A stretch of DNA of 64,000 nt from Octopus vulgaris (taxonomy: Eukaryota). Positions 41,963 to 56,680 of the stretch are shown piece after piece. Under the pieces are notes generated by a model, which made no database searches, was not told the origin of the DNA, and worked only from the letters and a program-made list of their open reading frames with translations. Numbering within the stretch: position 1 is the stretch's first letter; each line of letters starts with the position of its first letter. Where the stretch lies: positions 153,884,001-153,948,000 of the forward strand of contig OX597815.1 of assembly GCA_951406725.2 (NCBI GenBank), given 5' to 3'. Made by a program: the position numbers and the translations under genes.

Positions 41963-42063
41963 TGTTCTTGACTCTTGTAGTAATGCTGCTGCTATTGATG
42001 ATGATAATAATAATGATGATGATGATGATGATGATGATATTAATGACATTGATTTTGTTTCAG

Positions 42064-42191
42064 GATGAAGCTGGATTGGCTGCACTGAAGGCTGTGGAGC
42101 TAGATGACTACTTCGGTGGCCAAGCTGTGCAGTTCAGAGAGGTGGAAAACTATGAATCAAAGATATTTCTCAGTTACTTCTCTACTATTAC
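42064..42191 (+). CDS. Gelsolin/villin-family exon C (G1 long helix)
   Basis: tttcag acceptor, gtaagt donor. Encodes [42 protein letters not shown], compared with gelsolin [32 protein letters not shown]. 128 nt, ends in phase 2. Confidence 0.95.
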
Positions 42192-42519
42192 GTAAGTATA
42201 CAGCACTAATTACTAAGAACACACAGACACCCTGGCTAACGCGCTCCCGACACATGTATATATATACAGGGTACAATGCGTAAATTGTCGCCATTTATAT
42301 TCTTAATTTCGCGCATGCGCTTTGCTTTTTGTCAACTACACAGTCTAGTAGGGTCAGTTGGGCACTGTGTGTTAGAAAAACAGCACCCTGACGCAATTCG
42401 CTCTGTCAGAAATTTGGAGACGACATGCTGTACTCCTTGGCATTCGCGCCGAGTGCTTCAATACGAATATATAATTATACGCACTCCTGTTTTTTCAATG
42501 TTACACAAAAGCGGGTGAT

Positions 42520-43680
42520 AAACAAGTACGTCATTTTTATATACAGTCTCCTTCGTTTTTGATGCAAACTGGTCCACCGGTCTACAAGCTTGCATATTCC
42601 CTCCAAAAAGAAGTTTTTTCGGTTGGTCGTGCAACTATTTATGCTGCGCTTCCTCTACATCTTCATCCGTAGGAAATCGATGACATTGTAATCCATCTTT
42701 GTGCTATGATATTCGGCAAGAGTGACATCTGGGCTATAGGTAAGGTGTTCCATCACCTCAAAACTCAATTGGTTAATGATTTCAACGGTCTAGGCGGCCG
42801 TGTGTGGGCGTGCATTTTCATGCAACAACAAAACTTTCTTCAACTGTAGGCTTCGGCATTTGGTGCGAATTGTTGGCTTCAGTTTGTTGGCCGGCAAGGT
42901 ACTGTATCTTGTACTGTTGATCGTACACCCCTTTTTCTGGTTATCTTCCAGTATAGGCCTGAGTCTTGAATTTCTCCGTCACCAGTGAGCCAGAATATTT
43001 CTAATCCATACTCTGTCTTTTGGATTCTGCCTCATAATGATGGACTTACCTTTCATCACCTGTGACTATTCTACCAAATAATTCTCCGTCCTCATTAGTG
43101 TAGCGATTGAGTAAACGTTGGCAGACCTGAAGACGCTTGCGTTTGTGCTCTACAGTAAGCTCTCTTGGCACCTATCTTGCACAGACTTTATGGAAGCCGA
43201 GCTCATCAGGGATGATTTGATAAGCAGATCCATGCAGAGAATCCAGTTCATCATTACCATCTCTCGAGCTTGCTGAATCTTCTCGTTAGAGGTGGAGGTT
43301 GACAGGCTTCCTGCTACATCTTCGTGCATCACGCTTGTCCGGCGATTTTCAAACTTCTCGATCTACTCATACAAACTTCGCGGTAGTGCACTGTCCTCGT
43401 ATTGTGTTAAAACCCTTCGATGAATTTCAGCACCTGACACACCTTCCGAACAGAGAAAGTGGATCACTGCTCTTTATTCTTCTTTGGTGCACATTGCTAT
43501 TGGAGCGGCCTTGCTTACACTGTAAAGGCAGAAAAAAAAAATGATGCGAAGAGGCTCAAACGTCGATCACGTGACCACAATAATGCCAACTATAAGCACG
43601 CATGCGCAGAAAGCAGTGTGACAATAATAAAGAAATGTCATTGCGAAAGTTCGGATAAAAGTTTGACTTACTCTCATGTA
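42520..43680 (-). mobile_element. Decayed mariner element
   Basis: Reverse frames give IVTGDE, LLLHENARPHTAA, YSPD and EGICKLVDRW, with many disruptions. Confidence 0.75.
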
Positions 43681-43688
43681 AATTCTCC

Positions 43689-43737
<49 letters not shown>

Positions 43738-44345
43738 CATGCATACATATATACATATATATATATGTGCATGCATGTATATGTTTGTATATGTATATGT
43801 ATGTGTGCATATATATACTGTATGTGTGTATGTATATGTATGTGCGTGTATACCCATACACATACAAAGGTATATTTGGCTATACACAGTAGATGGAGTG
43901 TTAGTTTAAAATAGCAATCTATTTAGCATACTTAATGCACATACATTATGAAAGTCTATTTCACTGCTATTAGTTAGGGTTGCATAGAAGCACGTTGGGT
44001 GGATTCTACATGTAATTCAAAGGCTCAGCCTTGTCAACCCGTGTTATACTTATTCTGCCTAAGAATTACATTTAGGAAACACATGTTTGTGGAATACTCA
44101 ACCACTTACATGCCAAATCAACGAACCTGATAGTTTAGTTAATTGAACAGCTGAAAACTTATGATTGGAAACTCAGACCGAGATCAATATTATTTATACC
44201 GATCACCAGTCAGCTCCTGTCTCCAACCTTATTTCACTAAACCACATTATTTTTGGGGGGTGTTTACAATAAAAAAACAAAAGACGAAGACCGGTGGTGT
44301 ACAAAACAAACAGATGTATTAGTATAACGCTCAGGAATAGAAAAA

Positions 44346-44387
44346 GTCTTTTACGTTTCGAGCCTACGCTCTTCTACAGAAAGGGAC
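44346..44387 (-). ncRNA. Minimal hammerhead motif with A6U variant
   Basis: Minus: CUUU CUGUAGA a GAGC guag GCUC GAAA cg UA AAAG. Same architecture as 16509. Confidence 0.7.
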
Positions 44388-44437
44388 ACAGAAAAAAAAA
44401 CAAGGAGAGAAACAAGGAGAGAAATAAATGTGTGTAG

Positions 44438-44543
44438 TGGCTAACGATCTATCATGGCGCCGATAAGTTTACCATTAGAGGAGACTAGCATGGCTAACGA
44501 TCTATCATGGCACCGACAAGTTTACCATTAGAGGAGACTAGCA
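44438..44543. repeat. 53-bp tandem duplication
   Basis: tggctaacgatctatcatggc(g/a)ccga(t/c)aagtttaccattagaggagactagca twice. Confidence 0.9.
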
Positions 44544-45005
44544 ATATTATTCCATTCTTTCGTTACAAAATTTGGAACAATTTTGAAAAGATATCATTTC
44601 ATAACTCTAATCGTAGTTGTAACATTAGTTACTTTTAGCCTGCTGTGAATATATGCAGTAAAATTATAAGAATGAACGATAACCGTTCAATCCGTGCTGC
44701 AAATGATTCAGCAACAAGTTTTTCTATTGATTATGTGCATATTACGTCATAGCAAACGCCTTCATTCCCTGACTACTGAGGTAACAGAAATCCATTTCTG
44801 TTACCAGGTCGTCAGTTGTCTGAAGAGGAAGCAGGCCTTTCCTATGAAGTAATGCACGTATAACAAACAAAATGCCTTGCATCTGAAACATGTGGCTTCA
44901 TTGTTTTATTGTCTATGTGTGTATATGTGTGTGTATATGTGTGTGTGTGTCTGTATGTGTATGTCTGTGCGTGTTTCTATGTGTGTGTACAATTATTTAT
45001 ATATA

Positions 45006-45059
<54 letters not shown>

Positions 45060-45263
45060 CAATGATAAATCTCAGAGCGAGTTATAAACAGTAGCGGTAA
45101 CACATCGTGATACATATATGCCATTTGAATACGGCTAACTCATAAGGGTGGATGCTACTGTAGTTTGTAGCCCCAGGAAGATATCTCCTCCAGCTGGCTA
45201 TAGACACACTATCTGTGTCCTGTCAGTATTTGTGAAGGGGAGTCATCCTCCCCGTCTTCAACA

Positions 45264-45324
45264 CATGATACACACGTACCCGAGTTTCAAGGTGTTTACC
45301 TTTCATCAGCGTGTGACAATCATG
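45264..45324 (-). ncRNA. Type I hammerhead ribozyme motif (left arm)
   Basis: Exact reverse complement of 45354-45414. Confidence 0.9.
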
Positions 45325-45353
45325 GTTGTCGATCGACAACCATGATTGTCAAC

Positions 45354-45414
45354 CATGATTGTCACACGCTGATGAAAGGTAAACACCTTGAAACTCGGGT
45401 ACGTGTGTATCATG
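45354..45414 (+). ncRNA. Type I hammerhead ribozyme motif (right arm)
   Basis: CAUGAUuguCACACG CUGAUGA AAGGUaaacACCUU GAAA cucggg UA CGUGUGuAUCAUG. All stems paired, stem I internal loop, triplet GUA. Confidence 0.92.
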
Positions 45415-45565
45415 TGTTGAAGACGGGGAGGATGACTCCCCTTCACAAATACTGACAGGACACAGATAGTGTGTCTATGGCCAGCTGGAGGAGATATCTT
45501 CCTGGGGCTACAAACTACAGTAGCATCCACCCTTATGGGTTAGCCATATTCAAATGGCATATATG

Positions 45566-45631
<66 letters not shown>

Positions 45632-45641
45632 GCTGCCTATG

Positions 45642-45830
<189 letters not shown>

Positions 45831-45860
45831 GTCTGTCTGTCTGCCTGTCTGCCTGTCTGC

Positions 45861-45914
<54 letters not shown>

Positions 45915-45975
45915 GTCTGTCTGTCTGTCTGTCTGTCTGCCTGCCTGCCTGTCTGCCTGTCTGTCTGTCTGTCCG

Positions 45976-46020
<45 letters not shown>

Positions 46021-46032
46021 ATATATATATGT

Positions 46033-46095
<63 letters not shown>

Positions 46096-46974
46096 TGTGT
46101 GTGTGAGAAGTGAGAGAAATATCTATATATTTATTGTGTAAGTGATAGTTAACTCTGATGGAGAGCTTGTATTGCTTGTAAATCTGGAGGTATTAGCAAA
46201 TGTCATTTGTTAATGAAAATCCTAAATAACTAAGAATTACAACAAAACAAAACAATAGACAAAACAAGCAAACAAGCAATCAATTATGAAGTAAAATTAA
46301 AGCCAGATTGTCAGTAATTAAGGAAGCCATTCACAAAAAAAAAGCCAGAATTGCTGTGCTTTCCATATGTAATTATGCAAACAGTAGAAAATTAAAGCAG
46401 AAAAGCGGGAGAGATATTATTCTCTGTTTTTGTTAACTCTCTATTTTTATGAAGAACTAATCTATTTACGTAAGATTTAATCAAGAGTTCATCTTGTTTC
46501 CGAGTTTTTTATTTGATGAACATAGGTCTTGGAATGGCAGTGTAGTTAAGAAGCTTGCTTTGCAGCTATGTGGTTTTGAGTTCAAATGTCATCCACTATA
46601 GCCGCGGATCAATCAATGCATTGTGGGTGAAGCTGTTTGATGAAAACTTTGAAGAAACCCGGTGTATGTAAGTGTGTGTGTTTGTGCCATACATTTACAC
46701 ATAAATGTACATGGCAAGAAGAAAATGGAGGGAATCCAGAGATATTATCCATCAGTTGTTAGACATCATATTATTTCTATTTATTTATTTTAAACAGTTC
46801 AGATAATATATGAATACATGTGTAAAGTATTAGTAATTTCTAAAATAGAGAAAAAAGAGCAGTTTCATACAGCTGTTTCAGCCAAGAGGTCAAACTACGA
46901 AATGGTAGTCTGAAGGAGTAAGGTCGGGAGAATGAGGTGGATGAGGAATTTTTTCCCAACCAAGTTCTTCGATT

Positions 46975-47006
<32 letters not shown>

Positions 47007-47035
47007 CGAGAAAGAAGCAACAAGAATGGATTGGT

Positions 47036-47126
47036 TTTTAGTACAATTGTTTCATACAAAGACAGGCTTTATTACAAGTTGCAATAATTGCAGCAGATAA
47101 AAGTGTCCCGTACTCATCAGCTAAAA
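47036..47126 (-). ncRNA. Type I hammerhead ribozyme motif
   Basis: Minus: UUUUAG CUGAUGA GUACGGGAC...GUCUUUGUAU GAAA CAAUUG UA CUAAAA. Lies in a ~300-bp unit bounded by (TA)n. Confidence 0.88.
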
Positions 47127-47312
47127 TACATTTGAGTTCTCTAGACATCTTAGTGGGTGAGGTTATACTCATGAAATATTGGAGATAGTTCCATTAGAGG
47201 CAGATATAGGTTGTAAACAGTTTTCCAAAGTTCCTTAATGATGATGCACAGTCTTATCACAGATTTTTAAAAAACTTATTAGTTTCGAAGAGAAGATGAA
47301 TTAATTGCTTTG

Positions 47313-47347
<35 letters not shown>

Positions 47348-47416
47348 TGTGTGTGTGTGTGAACATATATAATGTACACACACAGACACAGATACACATA
47401 CACAGACACACGTATA

Positions 47417-47483
<67 letters not shown>

Positions 47484-48677
47484 ATGAGTGTGTGAGTGTG
47501 TATGTATATATGGATGTATGTATATGAACTATATAGATACATACATAGAATCGCATGTAACAGTGACACGCACCAATAAGGAGTCAGTGTTAATGTTCCA
47601 TAGATTATTACATAAAAAATTCGTTTATGATGTTACTATGATTTGTAAGTAGATGGTGATAAACCTAATTCATAGATGATATCCAGTGACTGTTATCCGA
47701 CATGAAAATAAGAATCCAGAAGATAACAAAAGAATCCATAAAATAATGTCCCGGAAGTAATTTTAGAGAAGACTATATAAGTCATTTTTGTAATAAAAAC
47801 TTTAGCAAACTGCAGAGAATAATTATTACAATTTTCAAGGGAAAAGACATTGTGTAGATGAGTCGGCTAATATTCTAACAATCTTGACTTTTCTATTGGC
47901 CGGTATTTTGGACGGCTATCTTTCTCACCAACAGAGCCAATGTTTGTGGAAAGAAAGTGAGATTTGTAAGGCCGGTGCTGATATACATAATATAGGGAAC
48001 CTAGCAGTTTTGTTTAAAAGCACAGGGTTGTCTTCCCTGGATGTTTTTGATTAAGAAAAAAGAATTTCCTGATGTATATATTTCTGACAACTTTTCATGG
48101 ACTATGAATACCCTATCTACAGTAAAATCTAAAATGTAACAATATCTCAACATCACCTCAATGTCAGGTAGATGCGATTTCAATAATTCTATATTTAATA
48201 ACTGTTGCTGTTGCACAGTAGATTCAGTTATTCGCAATCACTGCTGTTTGCTTCAGCATTATAACACTCAGAGTGCAAATCACCTGTGAAAATTGTGCTC
48301 ATCATTCTGAAGACACTCGATCCCACATCTCTCCAATTACATGATATCCCACTTTTTCATTCTGGTTCTACACATTCTTAATGAATATAAGCGTACAAGC
48401 ATCCGGCTGTCAGCTTATTCCCTCCCTTGTGTCTGGAAATGAGATTTTGGAGGTTAAAAATAAGAATTTACTGATGTAGAAACATGCTTTTCTCTTGTGC
48501 AGTACATTTTCTGAAATAAAGATCAGTTTACGTACATACATACATACATACATGCATACATACATACATTGATGCATACATGCATACATATATACATACA
48601 TACATACATACATACATACATGAATGCATACATACATGCATACATACATGCATACATGCATACATACATACATACAT

Positions 48678-48752
<75 letters not shown>

Positions 48753-51700
48753 GACATTTAAGACCAAGAGAAGCATGTACATGTAACTTGTGTATTGCTG
48801 ATATCTATTTCTTATCAATGTTATATGCATTGCAGACTAATACCTCGATTGAAGAATTTTAATGTTTCAGAGTCCTAATTTGCCACCAGTTACTTCAATG
48901 TCAGTGAAAGATAAATCACCGTTTTGTCCAGGAGATAAGTTATTTGAATTATTGAAAAAAAAAAAAAATACACGTTTATTGAAAATGCAGTAAACCTACA
49001 ACATTCCCAAATGTACATAAACACTACTTGAAGGAAACTATGTAATTCTATAGCAAAACTATAGCAATACTATAGCAAAAAAATTCTATAGCATTTTCTG
49101 TGGCGTGTGCAGAAAAAAAAATTAAACAATGAAAAGTGGTAGTATCGGGTTTGTTCTTTTACTTCTTTCATTCATCAGACTGTGGGCATGCTGGAACATA
49201 GCCTAGGAAGGTTCAGTCAAACAAATCGACTCCAATATATATTCTTTTAAAGTCTGGTACTTATTCTGTTGCTCTATTTTTCCGAACGATAAGTTATGGG
49301 AATATAGATGGACGAACACCGCTTGTGTAGTGGTGTGTGAGGAGATAAACACAAAGGCACACAAATATACACACATATGCATGTGCTAGACGGCAGTGTT
49401 TCTCTTTCAACTTTTATTTTCCTTTTCATTCGAAGCTTAAAGAAGTTGATAAGAGGAAAATATCTGTCTTCAGTCCTTTCAGTCACGTTGATAATAATTG
49501 TTTTTGAATTAGTCACAAGACCATAAATTTTGATAGCAAGAAATTAGTCGATAGCGTTGATCCTAACACTTGACTGCATTTGAGCAGTTCGGGTGTCACT
49601 AGTGAGAAAGAAAACGCCCAAATGGTGATAGTTGTTAAGAAAATTGCATTTCGAATACACGGAAATTTTCTTTGTTGCCCAGTCTTCTCAAGCATGTTCC
49701 AAATAGCGTGTGATCTCCTTTCTTCTCATATTTACGCATTTCGTTTTCTGATGCCTTCCTGCAATTCGTTTAACTCGTCCAATTATTGGTTAATTTTCTA
49801 TGTGAAGTATTGTAAAAATCAGATCGGCTTTGTTAGGTCTTCTGCCTAGTTTTCTTTCAATGTTTCTTGAAAACATTTTGCTCTATTTGTTTTCTCTCCA
49901 TCTTCTCCTGCTCATCTCAAATGATGAGATGGCACTGCCTTGAGCGGCATCATCTGCCTCTTTGTTATCTACTTTTCCATAATAGGTTTCTGTACAGGGA
50001 ATAGCCAAAGAGTAACACAGGCAAAAGCATCTCAGCTGTGTTTCACGTGAAATCTCTGCTTGTCTTCAAGCCTCATCTTCAGTGTCGAAAGTAAGACAAA
50101 TGATGTATGTATAGCTTTGCTATGTATAACATACTAGTTCATATATCTGTGAGAACTTACATTATCTGATCTTTTGAGGGTACAGAAAAGTTTCCTTCTA
50201 CGAGACAAAGATAAATTAGTTTTGGCTCTGTCAAATCCTGCGTGAAATTTTTTGTCAAGGCGACGGAGTATTTATGAAAGCAATTTTGTCACTGATTCAT
50301 CATCCAATTCGTATACAACAACTGAATGTTGAAGGTAATTCATAAAAAGTGCAAAATTGGCAAAAAGGTATAGTGTAACACTGAATAAATATGTGTGTTA
50401 GGATCAATGCTACAGGGTACTTTGTTTTTGTTGTAGCCGAGCAAACGTTCAGAAACACTTAAAATATTATCTTCTGAAAATATATTTTCTGTGTGTGAAA
50501 AATGAATATCTGGTTGCAAAGCAAGCTTATTTATGTCTGTTCGCTCTGTGCACATTAAAACTATATTTTTTTCTGTGCATTTCTCAAGCCATTATGAATC
50601 AAGTCGTACGAAAAATAAATAAATAAAATAAAATAAAAATAAGTACAGAAAGAAGAAATATAATTGATGTAAAGTTTCCGTTAGTGGAAAACAATAAAAC
50701 TCACTTGCTTTGTAAAATAGTTATACATGTAAAAATATTAATCCACTGTATTGTAAAAATATTATTCCAAACTCTAGGAAAAGGTGTTAAACATGCAACG
50801 ACATCAATGTTGAACTAAAAACAAATAAAATGCTCAATAGAATAGCCTTTTCATTGAAACGGGGGGATAATTAATTGAATATAATTCTGGTGTTTTGAAA
50901 ACTGGAATCTGGCAGTAAAAAGAAAAAAAATCATCTTAATTATCAAAATCCGTGCCAAAAGCCAAGTCAATGATTAGTCAATAGCGTGAGTTAAAATAAC
51001 ACGCTGAAAACAATAGTAACTAAAACAACAACAGCAGCAGCAGCAACAACAACAAAAACGACAATAACAATGATAATAATAATGATGATGATGATAATGA
51101 TGATTTCTTTATTTGACCTCATAAAAGATGCAAAAGACGGGTAGAGAATAAAACAGGGGTATTAGAAAGTATACAAAAATTTTAAACTAAAACAATACAG
51201 TAGCAATAAATTTTTCATAAAAGAAAATTTTTATAAGAGAAAAGACTATCAAGGGCTCTCTGAGAATTTCACAAATATACGGTTACACTGACCACTTAAG
51301 AAATTGTCCTTCCCAACTGACCGCCCTCTAATCTAAACGCTCATGCCCAGAGCAGGTCCATTTCACTCAGACTATGCTCACTACTCTCATCTACCTTTCA
51401 ACGAATTTACAGGAAGGCAGCACTTACCTCTGCATCCTCAGTTTCCTCTCTCGAAACCTGAAAATGTTGAAAACTTTTGGCCTAAGTAGAAAGTGTGTGT
51501 CTTCAGCTTTTTCGGTCACGTCCACCACACAACCTGTTTTAGACGGGTTGTCTTACTGATTTTCCCCCGGTTCTTTGTGTTCTGCATGTCCATTGAACCC
51601 CCATCCAATCATACGTTGTTTCTTTTTTGTCTTGGTACTCATCCTTTGCCAGTATAGCCCCATAAATGTGAGGATATTAGCCAACGGCCATATATTCTTG

Positions 51701-52838
51701 AATATGGCTCTCGTATATAATCGACGAAAGTCCTGTAGTACAGATGTTTGTGTAGGTATGTAATATACCAGCTCGGACTCATAGATCCGCGCGGTTTTAA
51801 GCTCTTTTCTCGAACGACAGAGAAGATATTACCCTACGTATTGGGTTGGGTTACCTCTAATTTCTCTTTTGTGAAAAAAGAAAAAAATAAGAGAAAAGAA
51901 AAAGCAGCTCGCTCTGCTTTTCTCGCTTAGATGTAGGCAGTATTCTCTTTCTTCTCTGTGTCTCTCTGTTTCTCTCTCTGCTTTTTTCTCTCTCTCTCTC
52001 CCTTTTTCTTTTCTCTTCTCAATGAAAGACTGGAAACGAAGTACACTTTTGATTAAACAATTCAATGAAGTGAATAATTTTCTCGGTTAGTTAGTTCATG
52101 TCCAAAAAATTGCCTCTTATCGGCAGCTTGATGAGAGCTAAAACCAATGATGTTTCTTCGTTATTACCTTCGTGTGTGTATGTGTGCGCGTGAACTGCGA
52201 TTGTATGTGTGCGCATGTGCACATTGTTTCATTTTGTTATTATGTCGCGTAAATTTTGCGTCTTCGATATTAAATTGTAACCGTCTGTACTAAAGTGAAT
52301 CTGTTTTATAGTTATTTGTTTTTTGAATTCTGTTTATTAATTCACTTCTGTGTAGTCAAAGATTAAGCGACTGTTATCTTCCAAATGAAAATATTCAGTG
52401 GTATTCTGATATCCTCTTTGTTCGTTTACTAGCTTTTACTGCTCCTGTTATAGAGGAAGCCGCATTGAAAATTATTGTAAACACAGCAAAAAAGATTTAA
52501 AGTGATGTTTGAAACAGACTTTCTGTCTACCTAATGCAGATTGCTATTAAAACAAGTAAAACTTGTCAATTCAATAATTTTCGGTGACATTTCAACTCAG
52601 AATACAACAGCAACGATAATCATAATGGCTATAAATTTTGGCACAAAGCCAGCAATTTCTGGGGTTGGGGTAAGTTGATTACAATGACGTCAGTGCTCAA
52701 CGGATACTTCTCAACTCCAAAAGAATGAAAGGAAATGTCGAACTCTGCGGAATTTGAGCTCAGAACGTAAAAAACGGACGAAATACTGCTAAGCATTTTC
52801 CCCGGTGTGCCAACGATTTTGTCAGCTTGCTGCTTTAG

Positions 52839-52915
52839 TAATAATAATAATAATAATAATAATGATAATAATAATAATAATAAAAATAATAATAATAATC
52901 ATAATGATAATAATG

Positions 52916-52955
<40 letters not shown>

Positions 52956-52978
52956 TAATAATAATAGTAATAATAATG

Positions 52979-53010
<32 letters not shown>

Positions 53011-53017
53011 GATGATG

Positions 53018-53065
<48 letters not shown>

Positions 53066-53141
53066 TTAATAATAATAATACTAACAACAACAACAACAAC
53101 AACAACAACAATAACAACAATAATAATAATAATAATAATAA
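52839..53141. repeat. (AAT)n/(GAT)n/(AAC)n microsatellite
   Basis: Direct inspection. Source of the poly-N, poly-I and poly-L ORFs. Confidence 0.95.
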
Positions 53142-53430
53142 TACCTAGCTCAGATACCAGGACACACCAAAATGGCAGAAATTCAAAAGATAATGCTCAT
53201 AGGAACTGCCCATATCCTACGTAAAATACTTTCTATGTAATCCCAAGTTTTAAAGCAAACATAATTTTCTTATGGTTTCTTAAACATTCTCTTGAACAGC
53301 AATATGTACAAAACCAAATATATGGCACCCTAGGCATAACACCAACATGAACTTCCAGCTCTGGGTGAGACTTGGAGCCAACTTGTACAAATGTAAAGCA
53401 AAAGCCAAACATAAAGTAATAATAATAATA
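53142..53430 (+). mobile_element. R4/Dong-like LINE 3' end inserted in (TAA)n
   Basis: IPGHTKMAEIQKIMLIGTAHILRKILSM* resembles the R4/Dong C-terminus. Flanked by aat repeats on both sides. Confidence 0.7.
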
Positions 53431-55690
53431 AATTCTTTTTATTGGTCACAAGAGCTAATATAGATCAAAACTTTAAAGAACAACACAAAACGATATACAA
53501 AGAGTTCGACAAAAATGTCCATTTAAACATTTGGTAAAGAAAATAACAATATAACAAGTGAAAACTTCCAATAGGAAGAGGCGCTTTGAAGGTTACTTGT
53601 GGAAAATTTCATAAAAGCCACGGTTGCCTGGTCTCAGAAATGGTCCATCAATACTGGTTATTTTCCGACATTCACTCACCATTCAACAACTTTGCTATAA
53701 AACAACACTTACCTCTCTACTATCACCTTCCTTTTCAATTGGAATTTGAAAAAGTTGATGAGGTCTTGGCCAAAGAGGAAAGTGTCTGACTTTAACCCTT
53801 TCACACGGGTCCACCATACTCCTCTTTCGCTATAGCCGCCAGACAAATGAAAATTGCCCTCCCCTCCCGGTTAAAGGAGGCTGGCGGGGCAATCTTCACT
53901 ATTGATTCAGCTTATAGCCGGATCCGTTCTACAGGCGACAGCAGCTGTTTGGCATAAACCGACAGGTCAGCAATACTCGGGCACCGGACGAGTGCGTAGA
54001 GAACGGTTTCGTCGCTCTGAGTGCATCTCGGGCAGGCCCGGCAGACAGCAATTTCTTGCCTGTAAAGTTTATCCCGAACAGGCAGCACCCCTCGGTAACA
54101 CTGCCAGGCGAGGGACTTCGGGAAGTTAACCATGGGCCCTGTCCCGAAAGTTATCCCAAACCGACTGCTTTGTTGATCATCGTCGATGCCTAGAGTTTCC
54201 CGAGAGCGTCATCGCACTTTTCCTCCACTAAACTTTTATAGAACGCTAGAGTTGAACTACTACCGATCGCATTGCCTGCCTGGCGGAGGGCGGTGAGTGG
54301 TTGACGGCAATCGAGGCGCCAAGCGCCCTTTTTCGGACTATGCTTGAGCTAAGATTGCAGCTCGGTCAAAGAGATAAACTGTGAAAAGGCGAGTCTTACG
54401 ACCGGCGACCGTTCAGGAAATGCTTGAGATGCCGTAGCCTGAGCACATGTCTGCGCATCAGCAACCACGACATACCAAGTCCTCCGTTCAGCGGCTGTTG
54501 ACAGCAGATGGAGCGTCTGGCCAGTGGTACCTGCCCTTTCCACAGAAAGTGGAAGAGTAAGTGCACCAGCCTGGTCAACCAGCAGTCGGGACAAGTGACG
54601 ACGGTCAAGCAGTAACAGATGACGGGTGCGATGTGCGCATTCGCCACCTCGGCTTGACCTTTCAGGGACAGCTTCTTCTCGGCCCATCTCTGCGTGAGAT
54701 TGGCCACCCTGTTCGTAAACTCGTCCCAGTTTTTCTCCACTTGGAGGTCCGGACGAACTAGACCCCGAGCAATTTAACGGGATCATCTGTCCAGCGCCCA
54801 CGATGCTGTTGGACGGCATAGACTTGCCTCACCAGGTGCCGAGCTGCAAGCCCACCGACTTCTCCGCGCTAATTTTCGCACCTGTCACCGCTCGTATTCG
54901 CTTAGTTTCTCGCCAATCAGGTCGATAAGCCTGTGGCTCCACACTATTACGGCGATGTCGTCGGCATAGGCAGACACGCTCTTCCCGCATCCCGGATCTT
55001 GCAGGACACCCTTCAAAGCCTCCAACCTCTGTAGTATTGGCTCGAGAGTCAATACATAGAAAAGGGAAGAGAGATCATCCTTGTCAGACCGAACGCAAGA
55101 TGCTGAACGGCTCCGACAGGTGACCGTTCCCCTGTATGACCGAGCAGATGCCGCTGTACAAAGCAGCGATCCACTCGCGGAAGACCGGATCGAACCCGGC
55201 TGCCTTGAGAACAGCTGCCAAGTATCGATGGTCGACCCTATTGACGGCTTTAGACTGATCTAAACTGATCGAAGCCCCACTCGTACCAGCTTCGTCATCC
55301 ACCCTCTCTATGATGCAGTGCAAGAGATGGAGTTTGTCGTGGATAGACCTGATCGGGACGGCGCATGTTTGCACCTTGCCGATCAGTTTGTCCACGACAA
55401 GCGCCAACCTCTTGGCTAATACCTTGGGCAAAATCTTCAACTCTGCATTGAGCAGAGTGATGGACCTGAAGTTTCCTATGATGTCCTCCTTGTTTGGGTC
55501 CTTTCTCAGCAGTGTCACTACCCCTCGACAAACAAAAGCAGGAATTCTACCGTTTTGCTGCCATTTGCAGTAGACGTCTGCCAAGAGGCCAGCAAACAAG
55601 TCTGGCATTGAAATGTAAAGCTCGCAGGGCAGACCATCCAAACCCGGCGATCTGCCTCTCGTGCAGTTTTTTATCGCTTCCTGTACTTCG
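53431..55690 (-). mobile_element. 5'-truncated L1/Tx1-clade LINE (RT + C-terminal zinc knuckle), decayed
   Basis: PGLDGLPCELY...NFRSITLLNAELKILPKVLAKRL...SLDQSKAVNRVDH, SAYADDI (about 54955-54975) and CPRCTQSDETVLYALVRC. GC-rich relative to flanks. Confidence 0.9.
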
Positions 55691-56680
55691 ATTACCTTCC
55701 ATAGTTCTGTTTACCCAAGGTGTAAAAATCATGCTTGCTTCATTATTCCAAGATCTCAATAATGTCATTGATGCCTCCCATACTTTTGGCCATTCAAAGT
55801 GTAAAATTCCGAATTTGCTTCATTGTATACAAGATTTTGATTATGTCTTTTATTTCGTTCCATAGCAAAGGCTGCTTAAGGTGTAACAGTGAACATGCAA
55901 TGAGTCAAACAGAATAATATTACATTAAATCACGATTACATATTTTGTTAGGGATCGGTATAACCGGTTGAATTACATCTAGCTATATCTTATAAATTAT
56001 TAACGCTGGAAGGATGACAAATCAAAGCTAACTCGCGAATTTAGAGGGCCAGAACTAAATATTAAATAACAGCTCTCTGGTCTACGATTTATCTCATTTT
56101 TCCACCTTCATAAATTATACATAGATTATATATATTGCAGGTTATAAAATACAGCATTGTGGATCACAGGATCTTGTTACATATTTGTTACGTTTGAAAG
56201 ATATTTGCAGATTTTTATTGGTTTTTGTATAATATTTGCATTTCTTTTTTCAAGTCTTTTAAGAAAGTTTATAGCAGACAGCGTTAAATAATGCTGTAGG
56301 TCAATAAATACTGAGCATCGAGAAATTTATTGCTGGAAAATGCTTTGTTTATAGGTTTTGCGATTTTTATCGTTGTTTGATTGATTTTTATCTGAAACCA
56401 GCCATAAATGTGTAAGCTATATTATATATGCTTCACAAATACAAGTTTGTTTTGACAACGTACAACGCTGCTGATTTATGGTTAGGGAGAAATAAAATGT
56501 TTTCTGCAATCATGGCTTTTAGAAATGCATCATAGGCATAAGTTGAAGGAAATATCAGAAAGGAGCACATGTTACCACTTGTGTCATTAAGTAACATTAA
56601 GTTTTAAAATATTAGGTTTTTGGTTCGACCTTCTGCATAAACTATTCGTTCGCTAAATATATCTCTGATGTGTGTTTCAG

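Larger units (their letters stand above)
45107..45571. repeat. Fold-back inverted repeat (about 222-bp arms)
   Basis: 45107-45328 vs 45350-45571 with about 3 mismatches. The centre is itself palindromic with a 13-nt duplication. Lies between (TA)n tracts. Confidence 0.95.

Noticed and set aside
44438-44543. CRISPR-like repeats
   Set aside because: These are adjacent tandem copies without spacers, in eukaryotic DNA with no cas genes.
52805-53224. Poly-Asn, poly-Ile and poly-Leu ORFs, and the many [12 protein letters not shown] ORFs elsewhere
   Set aside because: These are translations of microsatellites.
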